Virus record (IMG/VR): IMGVR_UViG_3300030106_004626
Coordinates: 1-61,116 of that record
DNA length: 61,116 bases
DNA from: a virus
Taxonomy: Duplodnaviria > Caudoviricetes
Direction: 5' to 3' (one strand)
The translations under genes and the position numbers were made by a program. The notes under the pieces were generated by a model that saw only the letters and a list, made by a program, of their open reading frames with translations, was not told the DNA's origin and did no database searches. Each line of letters opens with the position of its first letter. Within the stretch, counting starts at the first letter, position 1. Positions 16,342 through 27,036 of this stretch are shown piece by piece.

Positions 16342-16929
16342 ATGCCTACTCTTGATGATTTATCCACCTTGCCTACTATGGGCAACCCCAGCCCGCGTAT
16401 CGCTTCCGATGACCTTTTAGTTTTGCAAGATGCTGATGGAGCCGGTGGAAGTAGAGTTAAACAAGTTCCCGCTGGTGTTATTGCCAAGGGGTTCACCGAC
16501 GCTTATGTTGTTAATTTTAATAACTCAGAGCTTGTAGCACAAACTGGAGCCAATACAGATGAGTCAATAACTCTTTTTACTACCCCCGCAAATGCGGCGG
16601 TAACTAGAGTTAGAGTCGTGGTTACCAAACCGTTTGTTGGGCTTACTGCTTGTAACATTAATGTTGGGGATGCTGATGGCGCTGACCATTTTATCGCCGC
16701 CACATCAGTTTTGGATGAGCTAGTTGTTGAAAACACAGGTGTTCGACTTGATACCAAACAAGAAATTGAGTTCAATACTTCTAGTAAGACGTTCAAAATT
16801 AACTTTGACCCTGCTAGTAACGGAGAAGATATGGCTGATCTTACCGCAGGACAACTGATTGTTCTTGTTGAGATTGTTGATGCTGCCGACTACGCAAATC
16901 TTGCTTCTCTAATTGAAGCGACAACTTAA
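16342..16929 (+). CDS. putative capsid decoration/structural protein
   Basis: 195 aa, beta-rich, after the capsid gene. Confidence 0.5.
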   Translation: MPTLDDLSTLPTMGNPSPRIASDDLLVLQDADGAGGSRVKQVPAGVIAKGFTDAYVVNFNNSELVAQTGANTDESITLFTTPANAAVTRVRVVVTKPFVGLTACNINVGDADGADHFIAATSVLDELVVENTGVRLDTKQEIEFNTSSKTFKINFDPASNGEDMADLTAGQLIVLVEIVDAADYANLASLIEATT

Positions 16930-16952
16930 TTCCACCCGCAATCCTAACCCTA

Positions 16953-16994
16953 AATCCCGAACCCCTGAGTAACCCTTCGGGGTTCGGGATTTTC
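16953..16994 (+). terminator. Rho-independent terminator
   Basis: AAATCCCGAACCCC...GGGGTTCGGGATTTT. Confidence 0.8.
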
Positions 16995-17005
16995 TCTTTA
17001 CGATT

Positions 17006-18694
17006 ATGTCTGAACACACATCTACAAGAAACCGCACCAAAAGAGGAAGAAGAGGATATAGGGCGCAGGTAGCCGCCGCGAAACCTAAAAAGCCTAAATT
17101 TAATGTTTCGGTGGGTGCGGAAACGGAGCCGTTAGCTCCGGTCCCTACTGCTCCGGTCCCTACTGCTCCGGTCCCTACTGCTCCGGCAGCAGCAGAGCCA
17201 GCGCCAGATCCTGTAGCCACGCTACCCAACGCTTCTTTTTCTAAAGGTGGCATCCCTTTGCTTCCCGCAGACGCGCCTGACTCACTTAACACCCCACCTT
17301 CCGAACCCGAGCCAGCCCAGCCCAAAGGCCCTGTTTCTCTTGCGGGCGGGCTTGCTGTTGGCAGTGGTGCCCCCAATGTAGACATGGGAAAACTGGCCGA
17401 GTCTCGCGATGGTATCCCGTATAGTTTTGAGGAGACTGAGCAAGATCCTGTTACGGTTAAGTTCCCTGTGACGCAAGATCAGTTTGATGCGCTCTCTACT
17501 CGCCAGCAAATGCAGGCAGAGCAGAAATTAAACCAGACGGGCGTGGATCTGAGCAAAATGCTTCTGCCTACTCAGGCTGATGTAAACTTGTATCAGAGTC
17601 GTGAAGGCAGACTTCTGGAAGGTGGCGCACCAGAACCAACATTTGAAATCGAGGCCGACCCTCGTAATTACGTTGACTCCAGACGCCCTAACGAAGGCCG
17701 CTGGATCGACCCACAGACTGGAGATCAGTATAATGTCACGGAAGCCTACGGCAGACTGCTCCGGCAACGTATGCCCCAGCTTGTTCGTCCTGAAGTAATG
17801 GACCGCATGATGGCCATGGGCATGGCTCCTGAATTCATGAAATCAAAAGGCGATGAAGGCCCAGACCGCGATAAGTCTCAAGAGTTTAGGGAGCGGATGG
17901 CCAAGCAGAGGCGGGTTGAAGAATTTCCTCCCGCCGAAGGCTTTAACCGCGATAAGGCTCTTGCCGAAGCCAATGAAAGAGCTGCTGAACAAACTAGGGG
18001 CCAGCAACGTGATGCTGGCCAGACGGTGGAAAGGGAAGGTCAGCGCGATCTTCCGGGTAAAATCAAACGTGAAGAACCCTACTTTGGGCGAAGCAGTGAC
18101 CCAGAAAATCGTCCTAGTCCCGAAGAGATTGCGGCTGCTGGGCCTGAGTATACCAGAAGACAGGAAGAGCAGGAGTTTTTAGCCGCTCCTCTCCCTGATG
18201 TTTCGGATACCGTGCAACGAGAGTTAGCGCGTAGAAGTGCCCCGACCGACGCCGATGCTTTTCCTTTAGAAGCAACTATGCCGAATTATTCGGGTATGTT
18301 TTCAGCAGCAGTAGAAGACCTCCCCGACGCAATGGATGTTAGTTCTGACCTTAACCGGCCTGAAGCACAAGGAACCGCTCCTGAAGTAGACATCCCCATG
18401 GATGACGACGGCGAACCTGACGAAGGGTTTAATGTTGAGATGGACTCTGACGACGTATCTTCGTTTAGAGACGCCGTAGAGGCGAATTTTGCACAACCCA
18501 GAGTAACTCCTGAATTGTCTGACGCGGATCTTGGTCCCTTTATCGAGGCCATCTTTGGCGAAGGGACGGAAGCTACTGACGAAATTGTTGCTCAAGTGCG
18601 CGAGATACTTAGCGAAGAAAGCTACCGAGGAATGACTCCTGCACAGGTCCGTGCCGAAGTTCGCCGCCGCGCTAATGCGTCTACAGATCGATAG
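17006..18694 (+). CDS. low-complexity hypothetical protein
   Basis: 562 aa; basic N-terminus, Pro-rich middle, acidic C-terminus. Confidence 0.7.
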   Translation: MSEHTSTRNRTKRGRRGYRAQVAAAKPKKPKFNVSVGAETEPLAPVPTAPVPTAPVPTAPAAAEPAPDPVATLPNASFSKGGIPLLPADAPDSLNTPPSEPEPAQPKGPVSLAGGLAVGSGAPNVDMGKLAESRDGIPYSFEETEQDPVTVKFPVTQDQFDALSTRQQMQAEQKLNQTGVDLSKMLLPTQADVNLYQSREGRLLEGGAPEPTFEIEADPRNYVDSRRPNEGRWIDPQTGDQYNVTEAYGRLLRQRMPQLVRPEVMDRMMAMGMAPEFMKSKGDEGPDRDKSQEFRERMAKQRRVEEFPPAEGFNRDKALAEANERAAEQTRGQQRDAGQTVEREGQRDLPGKIKREEPYFGRSSDPENRPSPEEIAAAGPEYTRRQEEQEFLAAPLPDVSDTVQRELARRSAPTDADAFPLEATMPNYSGMFSAAVEDLPDAMDVSSDLNRPEAQGTAPEVDIPMDDDGEPDEGFNVEMDSDDVSSFRDAVEANFAQPRVTPELSDADLGPFIEAIFGEGTEATDEIVAQVREILSEESYRGMTPAQVRAEVRRRANASTDR

Positions 18695-18698
18695 TCAT

Positions 18699-19082
18699 AT
18701 GTATACCGACGACAACAAAAAAGGAGACATGGTCCCTGTAGATTCCCCTGATGCTAAGGGGATGTCCCCTGACAAGCATGAAGGGCACAAGATGGGCGAC
18801 GACCACAAAATGATCATGCACCAGCTAACCAACTTGAAGCAGAATGCTGAAGAGTTACTGGATCATTTGTCTCATTGCTCTACCAACCATATGGAAGAGG
18901 GATGGATTAAAAAAAAGATCACTTTGGCAACGGATTATCTCGATTCAGCACGAGACTACGTGATGAGCGGGCACGAGAAAGATCACGGCGAAAAGCCCGC
19001 CGAAGAGCACCATGACGAGAAAGAACACGATGACGGCAGTGGATTTATGGTAATGATTGAGAAGCGCCTGTCTCAGCGGTAG
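18699..19082 (+). CDS. His-rich hypothetical protein
   Basis: ATG at 18699; helical core WIKKKITLATDYL. Confidence 0.65.
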   Translation: MYTDDNKKGDMVPVDSPDAKGMSPDKHEGHKMGDDHKMIMHQLTNLKQNAEELLDHLSHCSTNHMEEGWIKKKITLATDYLDSARDYVMSGHEKDHGEKPAEEHHDEKEHDDGSGFMVMIEKRLSQR

Positions 19083-19122
19083 CCTTGCACCTTAATTAGA
19101 AATCTGTAAACTTCTTTAACGT

Positions 19123-19557
19123 ATGGCAGCTAAAACGATAGCCCACACAGTCCAGCTAGCTGTTGGCGACATTTCCCTTAATTTTTCTGATTCAATCACT
19201 TCAGGGGACACGGCCACCAGTTTTTCTGTTCAATCACAAGTCATTGCTGATTCTACCACAACAAGCACAGGCTTGGTTACTGGAGAAGTAGATACGAGTA
19301 ACTGTAACGCAATGATTTTAATTCGTAACGACGAAGCGGTTCAAACAGGTTCTAATGACTATTACAAAAACTTAAATGTTTCTTTAGACGGCGGGAGTAA
19401 CTTTCATTTGATCGTTAAACCTCAAACCACAGTTCTTTTTTCAATTGGATCAAAAAACGGGGGGTTTGGTAATTTAAGCAACGTAAGGGTCCGTAGTGGG
19501 GGCAATAACGAGAGCGTAGAGTTTCGCTATCTCCTTGTTCAAACTGAAGCATCATAA
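19123..19557 (+). CDS. putative virion structural protein
   Basis: 144 aa, beta-rich; promoter TTGCAC-16-TAAACT. Confidence 0.6.
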   Translation: MAAKTIAHTVQLAVGDISLNFSDSITSGDTATSFSVQSQVIADSTTTSTGLVTGEVDTSNCNAMILIRNDEAVQTGSNDYYKNLNVSLDGGSNFHLIVKPQTTVLFSIGSKNGGFGNLSNVRVRSGGNNESVEFRYLLVQTEAS

Positions 19558-19569
19558 CAACCAACAATC

Positions 19570-19830
19570 ATGGCAACCAATAACATCGAAAAACAATCCT
19601 TCGGGCAGGCCGGAGCGACTTTTGAATCTGGGACTACTGCTGTAACAGGTGAGTTCTGTGCTATCTTCTTTTTAGAAGACACAGTGTTTACCTCGCTTAC
19701 ATGGCCAGAACTAGACGGTGACACCGTAGCGTCAAGTTCTGTCACCTTCCCCGCAGGTTCTTCTATCTTCGGCCAGATCACCGCTTTCCAACTGTCTAGC
19801 GGAAAAGTGCTAGCTTACAAAGCTGTTTAA
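19570..19830 (+). CDS. small virion/spike-associated protein
   Basis: 86 aa, beta-rich, coupled (TAATG) to the LamG gene. Confidence 0.6.
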   Translation: MATNNIEKQSFGQAGATFESGTTAVTGEFCAIFFLEDTVFTSLTWPELDGDTVASSSVTFPAGSSIFGQITAFQLSSGKVLAYKAV

Positions 19831-22800
19831 TGCGCTTAGGATTGATAAATAGCCAGAGCGGAAGCAAAAGCCTTCGCAAATTCCTAACTCGTTCTTCCAT
19901 GAAGTTCGACGGGACGGACGATGTAATCACCACTAGCGCCGACAGCACGCTGGCCACGAAGACCTACAGCTTCTGGGCAAAGAGCACGGATACTGGTGGC
20001 AATGTAATCTTTGACCACGGTGGTGCGTTTAGCGGAGCGTTACAGTTTCATTACGGCAACAGTCACATTTTATGGATGAATGGCGGGTATGTCTTTTGGC
20101 CTAAAACACCAGAATCATCTGACGGCAACTGGCACCACCATTTGTTTGTAGTAAATACCGTTTATGCCAATTCCAAATGGTATCAAGATGGGGTGCTTCA
20201 AGCACAGACGTCTAACTCTGCACACGGTGCGTCATCTACATCTTACTCCACCGGCATCAGAATAGGGCGCGGCGGAAGTGCTTACTTTGACGGCTCCCTA
20301 GATGAGTTTGCCATATTTAATGGGGACCAATCAGCACTAGCCGACGAACTATACAACAACGGACGCCCGACAAACCTCAGCAGTTACTCCACGCTTGACC
20401 ACTGGTTCCGCATGGGTGAAGGCAAGCTGGGGTCTAAGAGTGACGGGGAGAGCAACCTTCTGTTTGACCAAGGACCGAATGGTGGAGTCGGAAGCGAGCT
20501 AATAACCAACGGAGATTTCTCAAGCTCATCTGGTTGGACTCTTGACAGCAACGCGAGCGTCAGTGGCGGCAAGCTAGTTCTCGCAAGCTCAAGTGGTATT
20601 TCGTATCAAACACTCGACCTAGATGACGGCGCGGCGTATGAAGTTACATTTACTATTGAAAACCTTACGTCAGGAACCGTAAAGCCATACCTGAACGGAA
20701 CTAATGGCACGGTGCGGAACGCTAATGGCACCTATAAAGAAATAGTTCTGGCAGGTTCATCTAACACGCTCGTTGGAATCAATCCTTCGGGCACCATGCA
20801 CATTGATAACTTCTCGGTTAAGAAGCTAACCAACGTGGGCACCATCAATGGCGCTCGGATTCAAGCGGACGGGGGAAGTGAATTAATTGTTAATGGCACG
20901 TTTGATTCAAATGTTACGAGCTGGCCTGCAAGTTCGTCAGGGACAGTAACGTGGAGCAACGGCACAGCTATTACTGGCGCAGTAGGGACAGATGACCGAG
21001 GAGGGATGTCTCAAACATTTACTACGGTCAATGGAGCAACGTATCAGTTGACCTTTGATGTCATTTCCAGAACATCAACAAAGTGGGAAGTTTACCGCCA
21101 AAGCTCAGGTGGTCCGGGAACAATTATTGAGGGGACTGATTTAGGTTCGCATTCAACCTTTTTTACTGCTGCTGCAACAAGCACGGAGCTTGCGTTCTAC
21201 GCAAAGCAAGCAGGAACAAGTGATGGCACCGTTGCTTGGGATAACATCTCCGTCAAAGAGGTCACCGAAAGCGTCCCCAAGCAGACCCAGAATCTGCCCA
21301 GCGGAGCGAGCAAGAAGAGCCTGTCTTTTGATGGGACGGACGATTTCGCAACGATTCCGTATCAACTTCCTACAACTACCTTTACTGTTAGCCAGTGGAT
21401 AAGGATTAACGAAGATAGCCTGACGAGCGCAGCAGTTTACATCTGGGATTCAAGAGACGCTTCCTACACCAACGCTAACATTTTTTTGCCCGTTAAACAT
21501 TCGGCAACGGAATACAAGTTGCGGTGGTGGAACTCGGGTACTTACCGCATCAACGATTCCACAATCTATCCCATTGGTGTCTGGCAGCACGTTGTCTTAG
21601 TAAAAGATGGGACTACGGGGACTATGTATGTTGATGGGGTCAAACTAACCGAAGGACTATCTTTTAGTAACACGACTAATGGCGCAGCGATAACTGTGGG
21701 GCGGCGGTATGCTGCTACTTTTCAGTATGCGGAAGTAGACATCGATGAGTTTGCCGTTTGGGACACCGCATTGGATGGTGACGCCGTGAAGGCCCTCTAC
21801 AACGCAGGGTTACCCACGCCTGTAATCACAAATACTGGGGCTTACGACATCTACAGGGACAACCTCAAGGCGTATTACAAGATGGGGGACGCATCGGACC
21901 CAGCGGCTGACGGGACGAGTAACCTGCTGTTTGACCAAACGAGTCCGGGAGTGGGTCCAGAAGTGGTGACCAATGGAGACTTTTCAGATAATTCTGTCCC
22001 TGACACGTATGACGGTTCGTCGGCGGTAAATTTAGTGGGATGGACGAGCGGAGGAGCAACTTTCACCGCCGATGCTCATTTTGTAATTACTGACGGCAAG
22101 TGCAGATTGATTTCTGATGGAACGAACACCGTTATCAATTCAGGAACGACCGTTGCAGGAAGAACGTATCAGTATTCAATCGACTTATTAGATGTCACTT
22201 CTGGGGGACTAACGCTCATTGGTGGTGGTGTTGTGCTTGAATCAAACGCAACCTCACCGGGTACTTACACTGGCTTCTATACCGCAGCATCTGCTACTAG
22301 CGCGATATCAATTAATCGGCAATCAGGCGTTACAGATTTTACTTTTGACAACGTCAGCGTCAAAGAGGTCAACGGAAACACCGGCACCATATCGGGAGCC
22401 ACAATCCAGACAGAGGCACCCAAGGCTATCTATGCGCTTGCCCCAGTTGACAACACAAAGAGCCTGAACTTTGACGGGACGAATGACCACTTGGTTACTC
22501 AGGTGGACGCAACAGCTCAACCGAACAACGAGAGCAGATATTATAGCTTCTGGTGTAAGGCGTCACTAACTGGGGCCACAGCAAGACAGGCAATATTTTC
22601 ACACGGAGGATTTCAAGTCGGAGCCTTTTATTTCAATTATAGCTCAAGCCGCCCACTACTTTATATGGCTCCATCGGTTTATCAATTTTGGGCAGACACC
22701 CCTACGGGCGCACAAGATGACGGCAACTGGCACCACTGGGTGGTAAAAATAAAATACAACGATATCACAGGATGCGAATTGTGGTGTGACGGAGTAAAAC

Positions 22801-23972
22801 AAACAAAATCGGATGTTGTAAATTCTGGTTCAATGAACACTTACAGTTCAGGGATAATATTTGGCGGAGAACCGGGTGGTTCCAAACGACTAGAAGGTTC
22901 CCTTGACGAATTCTCCATCCATGAGGATCTAACAGAAGAGGGAATTCGGGCGCTTTTCAATCGCGGACGCCCCATAGACATCTCTAAGTCTCAAGGAGCA
23001 TACGACCTGAGTGACAACGCGCTGCACTGGTGGCGCATGGGGGACGCGACAAGTCCTTCCGCTGATGGCACCAACGATATTATATTTCAAGGGTTCTCAC
23101 AAACAGATGACGAGCTAATCATCAACGGTGACTTTTCTTCTGGGGATTCAGACTGGACCAAGGGAACTGGGTGGACCATCGCTAATGGCGTTGCTAGCTG
23201 TGATGGCACTAACGGCAGCGAAAGCACAATAAAGACGGAATTAGTAGTCCCCAATGGTCAAAACAATGTGCTCTACGGCAAGACCTTTCAGCTTCAGTTT
23301 GACATACTAAATTATAGCGCGGGCACTTTAGCTGCTACCCTAGAAGGAACGGGTGGACTTGAACTTTCAGGACTTAACTCTGATGGCAGCTATACCGCGT
23401 TCTGCACTACAACGAGCACCAATCCACGGCTAAATTTTAATGCCAGCGCTGGGTTTGTTGGCTCAATTGACAACGTGTCTCTTAAGCAGCTCCGTGGGCA
23501 ATACATCGGTCCAGAGCTGGTGAAGGCAGACGCATACGCTTCAGGCAGTTGGCAAGGAAGCAATACAGCAGAATTCGGCAGTAATTTTGCAAAGTTTACG
23601 AGACCTTCGTCTGGGGGAAGCACTAACGCCGCAACCAGTTATCTAGGAGGAGCAAACACAAGCATTACCTCTGCTGCCCTTACAATAGGAGCCACTTATA
23701 AAATATCCGTCGATGTTGAAACAGATGACTCTGACGTTGCCGTAAGAGTCTATGATGGGTCAGCATACACAGTAGCAACCAGTGGAAACGGAACAAAGGT
23801 TTTATACTTTGTGCCAACTCACGCCACTAACCCTATCCTTCGCACGACTAGCGCGTTAGACGCTACAAAGTTCATTAAATTTTCAAACATCTCACTCAAA
23901 GAAGTCGGAGGCGCAGCAGTAATGACCAATATGGACAGCGCCAGCGACATACAAACAGATACCCCTTATTAA
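19830..23972 (+). CDS. LamG/concanavalin-A and carbohydrate-binding domain fibre protein
   Basis: Three FDGTxD...WHH/WQH...IDEF LamG units and several ELIxNGxF...DNxSxK modules. Confidence 0.8.
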   Translation: MRLGLINSQSGSKSLRKFLTRSSMKFDGTDDVITTSADSTLATKTYSFWAKSTDTGGNVIFDHGGAFSGALQFHYGNSHILWMNGGYVFWPKTPESSDGNWHHHLFVVNTVYANSKWYQDGVLQAQTSNSAHGASSTSYSTGIRIGRGGSAYFDGSLDEFAIFNGDQSALADELYNNGRPTNLSSYSTLDHWFRMGEGKLGSKSDGESNLLFDQGPNGGVGSELITNGDFSSSSGWTLDSNASVSGGKLVLASSSGISYQTLDLDDGAAYEVTFTIENLTSGTVKPYLNGTNGTVRNANGTYKEIVLAGSSNTLVGINPSGTMHIDNFSVKKLTNVGTINGARIQADGGSELIVNGTFDSNVTSWPASSSGTVTWSNGTAITGAVGTDDRGGMSQTFTTVNGATYQLTFDVISRTSTKWEVYRQSSGGPGTIIEGTDLGSHSTFFTAAATSTELAFYAKQAGTSDGTVAWDNISVKEVTESVPKQTQNLPSGASKKSLSFDGTDDFATIPYQLPTTTFTVSQWIRINEDSLTSAAVYIWDSRDASYTNANIFLPVKHSATEYKLRWWNSGTYRINDSTIYPIGVWQHVVLVKDGTTGTMYVDGVKLTEGLSFSNTTNGAAITVGRRYAATFQYAEVDIDEFAVWDTALDGDAVKALYNAGLPTPVITNTGAYDIYRDNLKAYYKMGDASDPAADGTSNLLFDQTSPGVGPEVVTNGDFSDNSVPDTYDGSSAVNLVGWTSGGATFTADAHFVITDGKCRLISDGTNTVINSGTTVAGRTYQYSIDLLDVTSGGLTLIGGGVVLESNATSPGTYTGFYTAASATSAISINRQSGVTDFTFDNVSVKEVNGNTGTISGATIQTEAPKAIYALAPVDNTKSLNFDGTNDHLVTQVDATAQPNNESRYYSFWCKASLTGATARQAIFSHGGFQVGAFYFNYSSSRPLLYMAPSVYQFWADTPTGAQDDGNWHHWVVKIKYNDITGCELWCDGVKQTKSDVVNSGSMNTYSSGIIFGGEPGGSKRLEGSLDEFSIHEDLTEEGIRALFNRGRPIDISKSQGAYDLSDNALHWWRMGDATSPSADGTNDIIFQGFSQTDDELIINGDFSSGDSDWTKGTGWTIANGVASCDGTNGSESTIKTELVVPNGQNNVLYGKTFQLQFDILNYSAGTLAATLEGTGGLELSGLNSDGSYTAFCTTTSTNPRLNFNASAGFVGSIDNVSLKQLRGQYIGPELVKADAYASGSWQGSNTAEFGSNFAKFTRPSSGGSTNAATSYLGGANTSITSAALTIGATYKISVDVETDDSDVAVRVYDGSAYTVATSGNGTKVLYFVPTHATNPILRTTSALDATKFIKFSNISLKEVGGAAVMTNMDSASDIQTDTPY

Positions 23973-23977
23973 TAACC

Positions 23978-24295
23978 ATGAGTTACGAAAATAGAAAATG
24001 GGTTATAATGACCTTAGCAGATATCAACGCCGGAGACATTACCGAAGAACAGGTAGTCATCGACGAAGAAGGAGAGGAGACTACGGAGCAAGTGGTGGTC
24101 GGCAATACGTTTATTGATGCCGCCATTGAATCCTCCAAGGCTACCCTCCGTCTATCGGTAGATGGAACCAAGACCATCCTCAAGTGGGACAACGAGACAC
24201 CTGAGCCTTTTGAAGGCATGGACACCTACACCCACGCAGAGATTCTCGCGGAGCTTGCAGGACCAGACTGGACTTCTCAGGTAGACACCCCGTAA
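23978..24295 (+). CDS. fibre-associated small protein
   Basis: 105 aa, LRLSVDGTKTILKW...YTHAEIL, follows the LamG gene. Confidence 0.6.
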   Translation: MSYENRKWVIMTLADINAGDITEEQVVIDEEGEETTEQVVVGNTFIDAAIESSKATLRLSVDGTKTILKWDNETPEPFEGMDTYTHAEILAELAGPDWTSQVDTP

Positions 24296-24303
24296 CCTGA
24301 ACC

Positions 24304-25950
24304 ATGGCTCTCCGCCGCAATCAACCGTCGCCAGAACGCCAGAGCGTCCTTTCGTTCGTTTCACCGAGCGTTGCGGACCTGTTGTTCTTTGAGACGGTTG
24401 ATGCGAAGACGGTTGGGGCTGGGGCGGCTACAACAATAACGAGTACGTCAAAGGCTACTCAGAACTTAGCAGTATCCAGCGGGTATCACGGTCCCGATCA
24501 TGACGGGGTCGGCTCTGTTGTCGGTGAATTGTTGACGTTGACTGCCGCGTCCCATTCATTGGCCGTCGATGATGTTGTCGTTGTTGAAAACTTGGGATTC
24601 TCGGGCATAAGCCCTAACGGTTCTTACAAGGTAGTCAATGTCCCCGATTCTAATAGCTTTAAGATATTTGTTCGTTCAATTAAAGACGGTAGTGGGTATG
24701 CGGGCGTGGGAACTTTATCCACCACAAGCACATCTCGTGTTTACAAATCTCACCCCAGTTACGGAACAGCTCACCCCGACACAGAAAATTTCCCCAAACA
24801 TAAACTGTGCTTCGTTAAACAAGCAGACGGAGAAGGGTTGTACTTTCAGTATTACTACGCTGCGGAACGTGAGTTCCAAGACGATTACAATTTTGAATAC
24901 AGTCAGGCCGATCTAGGTGGCAATAAATATGACACGGTTGTTCGGACCTATGTTATCCCGAGATCTGATTTCACAGATACCGACTCAGAATACCAAGCGG
25001 GTGACGCTATGCCCGACCCGACGAGTCAGTTTGCCGCCGAAAGTATAGTGGAATACCACGACGGCGCGGGGTCTACGACCGACGAAGAATTAGTTTCAAC
25101 TGATTACATCCTGATGACGCGCCAGCAAAAGCGCATTGGGGACCAAGAGCTAGACGGCCTGTTTGTTGTTGAGCAGCGTGTTTATATAAAGCGAGTTGAT
25201 ATTGTTACGCAGTCGTTAGATCCTGCTACTGGGGGTATGTTAAAAACAGTTGTGAAGCTAGTTCATCGGGGGGAAACCTTTACGACTCCTGCGGGAGCTA
25301 GAGAAGCCGGAACTACCGCTTACGAGGCTGAAGCTAATTGGGGGTTGAGCACTGCGGGTCAAAACTTTGAAACCCAGCAACTCAGCCACGACTGGTGGCG
25401 GATTACCATTCAGGATGTTATACCACAGGAGGGGCTTTCGGATCTGTATAGCGGAAAAGTTGTACGCGATTACGACACATGGCAAAATTTTACATGGCCC
25501 GCTGTTGTTGACAAACTTCATTTTAACAAGGCCAACAGAAAAGACGGAGCCAGCAAGACCACGGTGACTGTTCGAATGAAGGAGGGCAAGGACGGCTTCA
25601 GCATACCGACCAAAATGACTGTAAAACAGGTGTGGAAAAAAACGAAGTTTACGGGGAGCGACTTACCTGATCCTACAATTTTTAAGACTGTCAGCGCACA
25701 ATACAGTGGTGTTCAATACAACGTGAGCGTTAGAAATGTTCTTACTCAGGCGATTACCTTGATTGACTTAATCGGAACGGAACACCCGACTTACAAGCTG
25801 GGGGACTATGCATTTCCCAAACCTTGGTGTAGGGCGTCTGACCCGACTGATTGGGGGAACCTTTCTAATCCTTTTATTGGATCTGTTAACCAGAGACCTT
25901 TCCGTGGTGGGTATCTTCTTGAAGTTGTTTCAGTCTACCATCCGTCCTGA
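24304..25950 (+). CDS. tail/structural protein with inserted FCCH-like beta domain
   Basis: HSLAVDDVV...NGSYKV...DSNSF insert. Confidence 0.55.
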   Translation: MALRRNQPSPERQSVLSFVSPSVADLLFFETVDAKTVGAGAATTITSTSKATQNLAVSSGYHGPDHDGVGSVVGELLTLTAASHSLAVDDVVVVENLGFSGISPNGSYKVVNVPDSNSFKIFVRSIKDGSGYAGVGTLSTTSTSRVYKSHPSYGTAHPDTENFPKHKLCFVKQADGEGLYFQYYYAAEREFQDDYNFEYSQADLGGNKYDTVVRTYVIPRSDFTDTDSEYQAGDAMPDPTSQFAAESIVEYHDGAGSTTDEELVSTDYILMTRQQKRIGDQELDGLFVVEQRVYIKRVDIVTQSLDPATGGMLKTVVKLVHRGETFTTPAGAREAGTTAYEAEANWGLSTAGQNFETQQLSHDWWRITIQDVIPQEGLSDLYSGKVVRDYDTWQNFTWPAVVDKLHFNKANRKDGASKTTVTVRMKEGKDGFSIPTKMTVKQVWKKTKFTGSDLPDPTIFKTVSAQYSGVQYNVSVRNVLTQAITLIDLIGTEHPTYKLGDYAFPKPWCRASDPTDWGNLSNPFIGSVNQRPFRGGYLLEVVSVYHPS

Positions 25951-26972
25951 TGGCCAAACTAGAAGACATCCCCCCTACCATTTACCCTGAAGGATCTGTT
26001 ATTGGGGATTTTGATGCTGGAACTATCCCTCCTGAAGACCCTGAACTTTTGCACCGCCCCCATGCGTTTGCCCTTATGCACGGTGACGGCGGAGCTAAAG
26101 TTGCTTACGGGGAACTTCATTGGCGTGTTGACGTTTTAAAGTTCAAGTTTGAAACCAGCACTATTGCCGTAAACGCGCACTCTGATCACTCTCACTCTTC
26201 ACATACAACGACCAACCACCAGCACACAACTGGGTCTCACACCCATAACATAGCTGAAGATACTCACGATGGTCATACACATTCTGATACTGCGACCGCT
26301 AGTTATGGCAAAGAGGGTAGTGGAGGGAACACGGGAGATATCTACACAAGTGCAGCAGATAGTTCGGGAACTGCCGCACAAGGATCTGCCTACACCCACA
26401 AGCACGGTGGTTTTACAACTGGTCAAAGTTCATCCAACACAGGGTCTGCTGGCTCAGAAACATTAACACACTCAGGTGTTAAAGACGCTTCTGACCCATC
26501 ATCCTCCGCGCCAAGCGGGGTTCTGAACCATACAGTAACCGGACAAATAACTTATTGTGCTCAAGTAGGACAAGAATCAGTCGGTAAAATTAATCAACAA
26601 GTTCCCAAAGTTGACGCGGAAGACGGCGACTTTATGGACGCTATTATTCCTAATATATACCACCAACTAAGTTCTTACGGAGATGTGTATCTTTGTTGGA
26701 AAGCGGACCTTGAGCAAGGGGCAGGGAGCGAAGTTACTCATTGTTGGGTTCAAGTGGGAGAGCCAGCTAATGACGACATCGACGAGGTTCCACTGGGAAA
26801 TTCGACTACAAACAGGCGAAACGCAAGTGGGGACGACGGGATAACGGGCGCTAATGACAATGGAATTTATTCTATTAAGCTAGGAACTGTAAATGACGGG
26901 GGTCAAATAACGCAAAAGGTTTCTAGCGATGTCGTTTGGTCTCCTACGGTTATAGATAGAATTGGGGCATAG
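25950..26972 (+). CDS. tail fibre-like protein
   Basis: HxH repeats (HSH, HQH, HTH, HKH) typical of phage fibre tips. Confidence 0.55.
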   Translation: MAKLEDIPPTIYPEGSVIGDFDAGTIPPEDPELLHRPHAFALMHGDGGAKVAYGELHWRVDVLKFKFETSTIAVNAHSDHSHSSHTTTNHQHTTGSHTHNIAEDTHDGHTHSDTATASYGKEGSGGNTGDIYTSAADSSGTAAQGSAYTHKHGGFTTGQSSSNTGSAGSETLTHSGVKDASDPSSSAPSGVLNHTVTGQITYCAQVGQESVGKINQQVPKVDAEDGDFMDAIIPNIYHQLSSYGDVYLCWKADLEQGAGSEVTHCWVQVGEPANDDIDEVPLGNSTTNRRNASGDDGITGANDNGIYSIKLGTVNDGGQITQKVSSDVVWSPTVIDRIGA

Positions 26973-27036
26973 TTACAAATCATTTGCCCATCGGCCTGAC
27001 TCTTGACCCTTGACCCCTATTCTGGTAGCGTCAGTC

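Noticed and set aside
17135-17186. 15-nt tandem repeat x3
   Set aside because: In-frame APVPT linker; ordinary low-complexity coding sequence, like the PE and PEA runs near 13620 and 41860 and the GD run near 60375.
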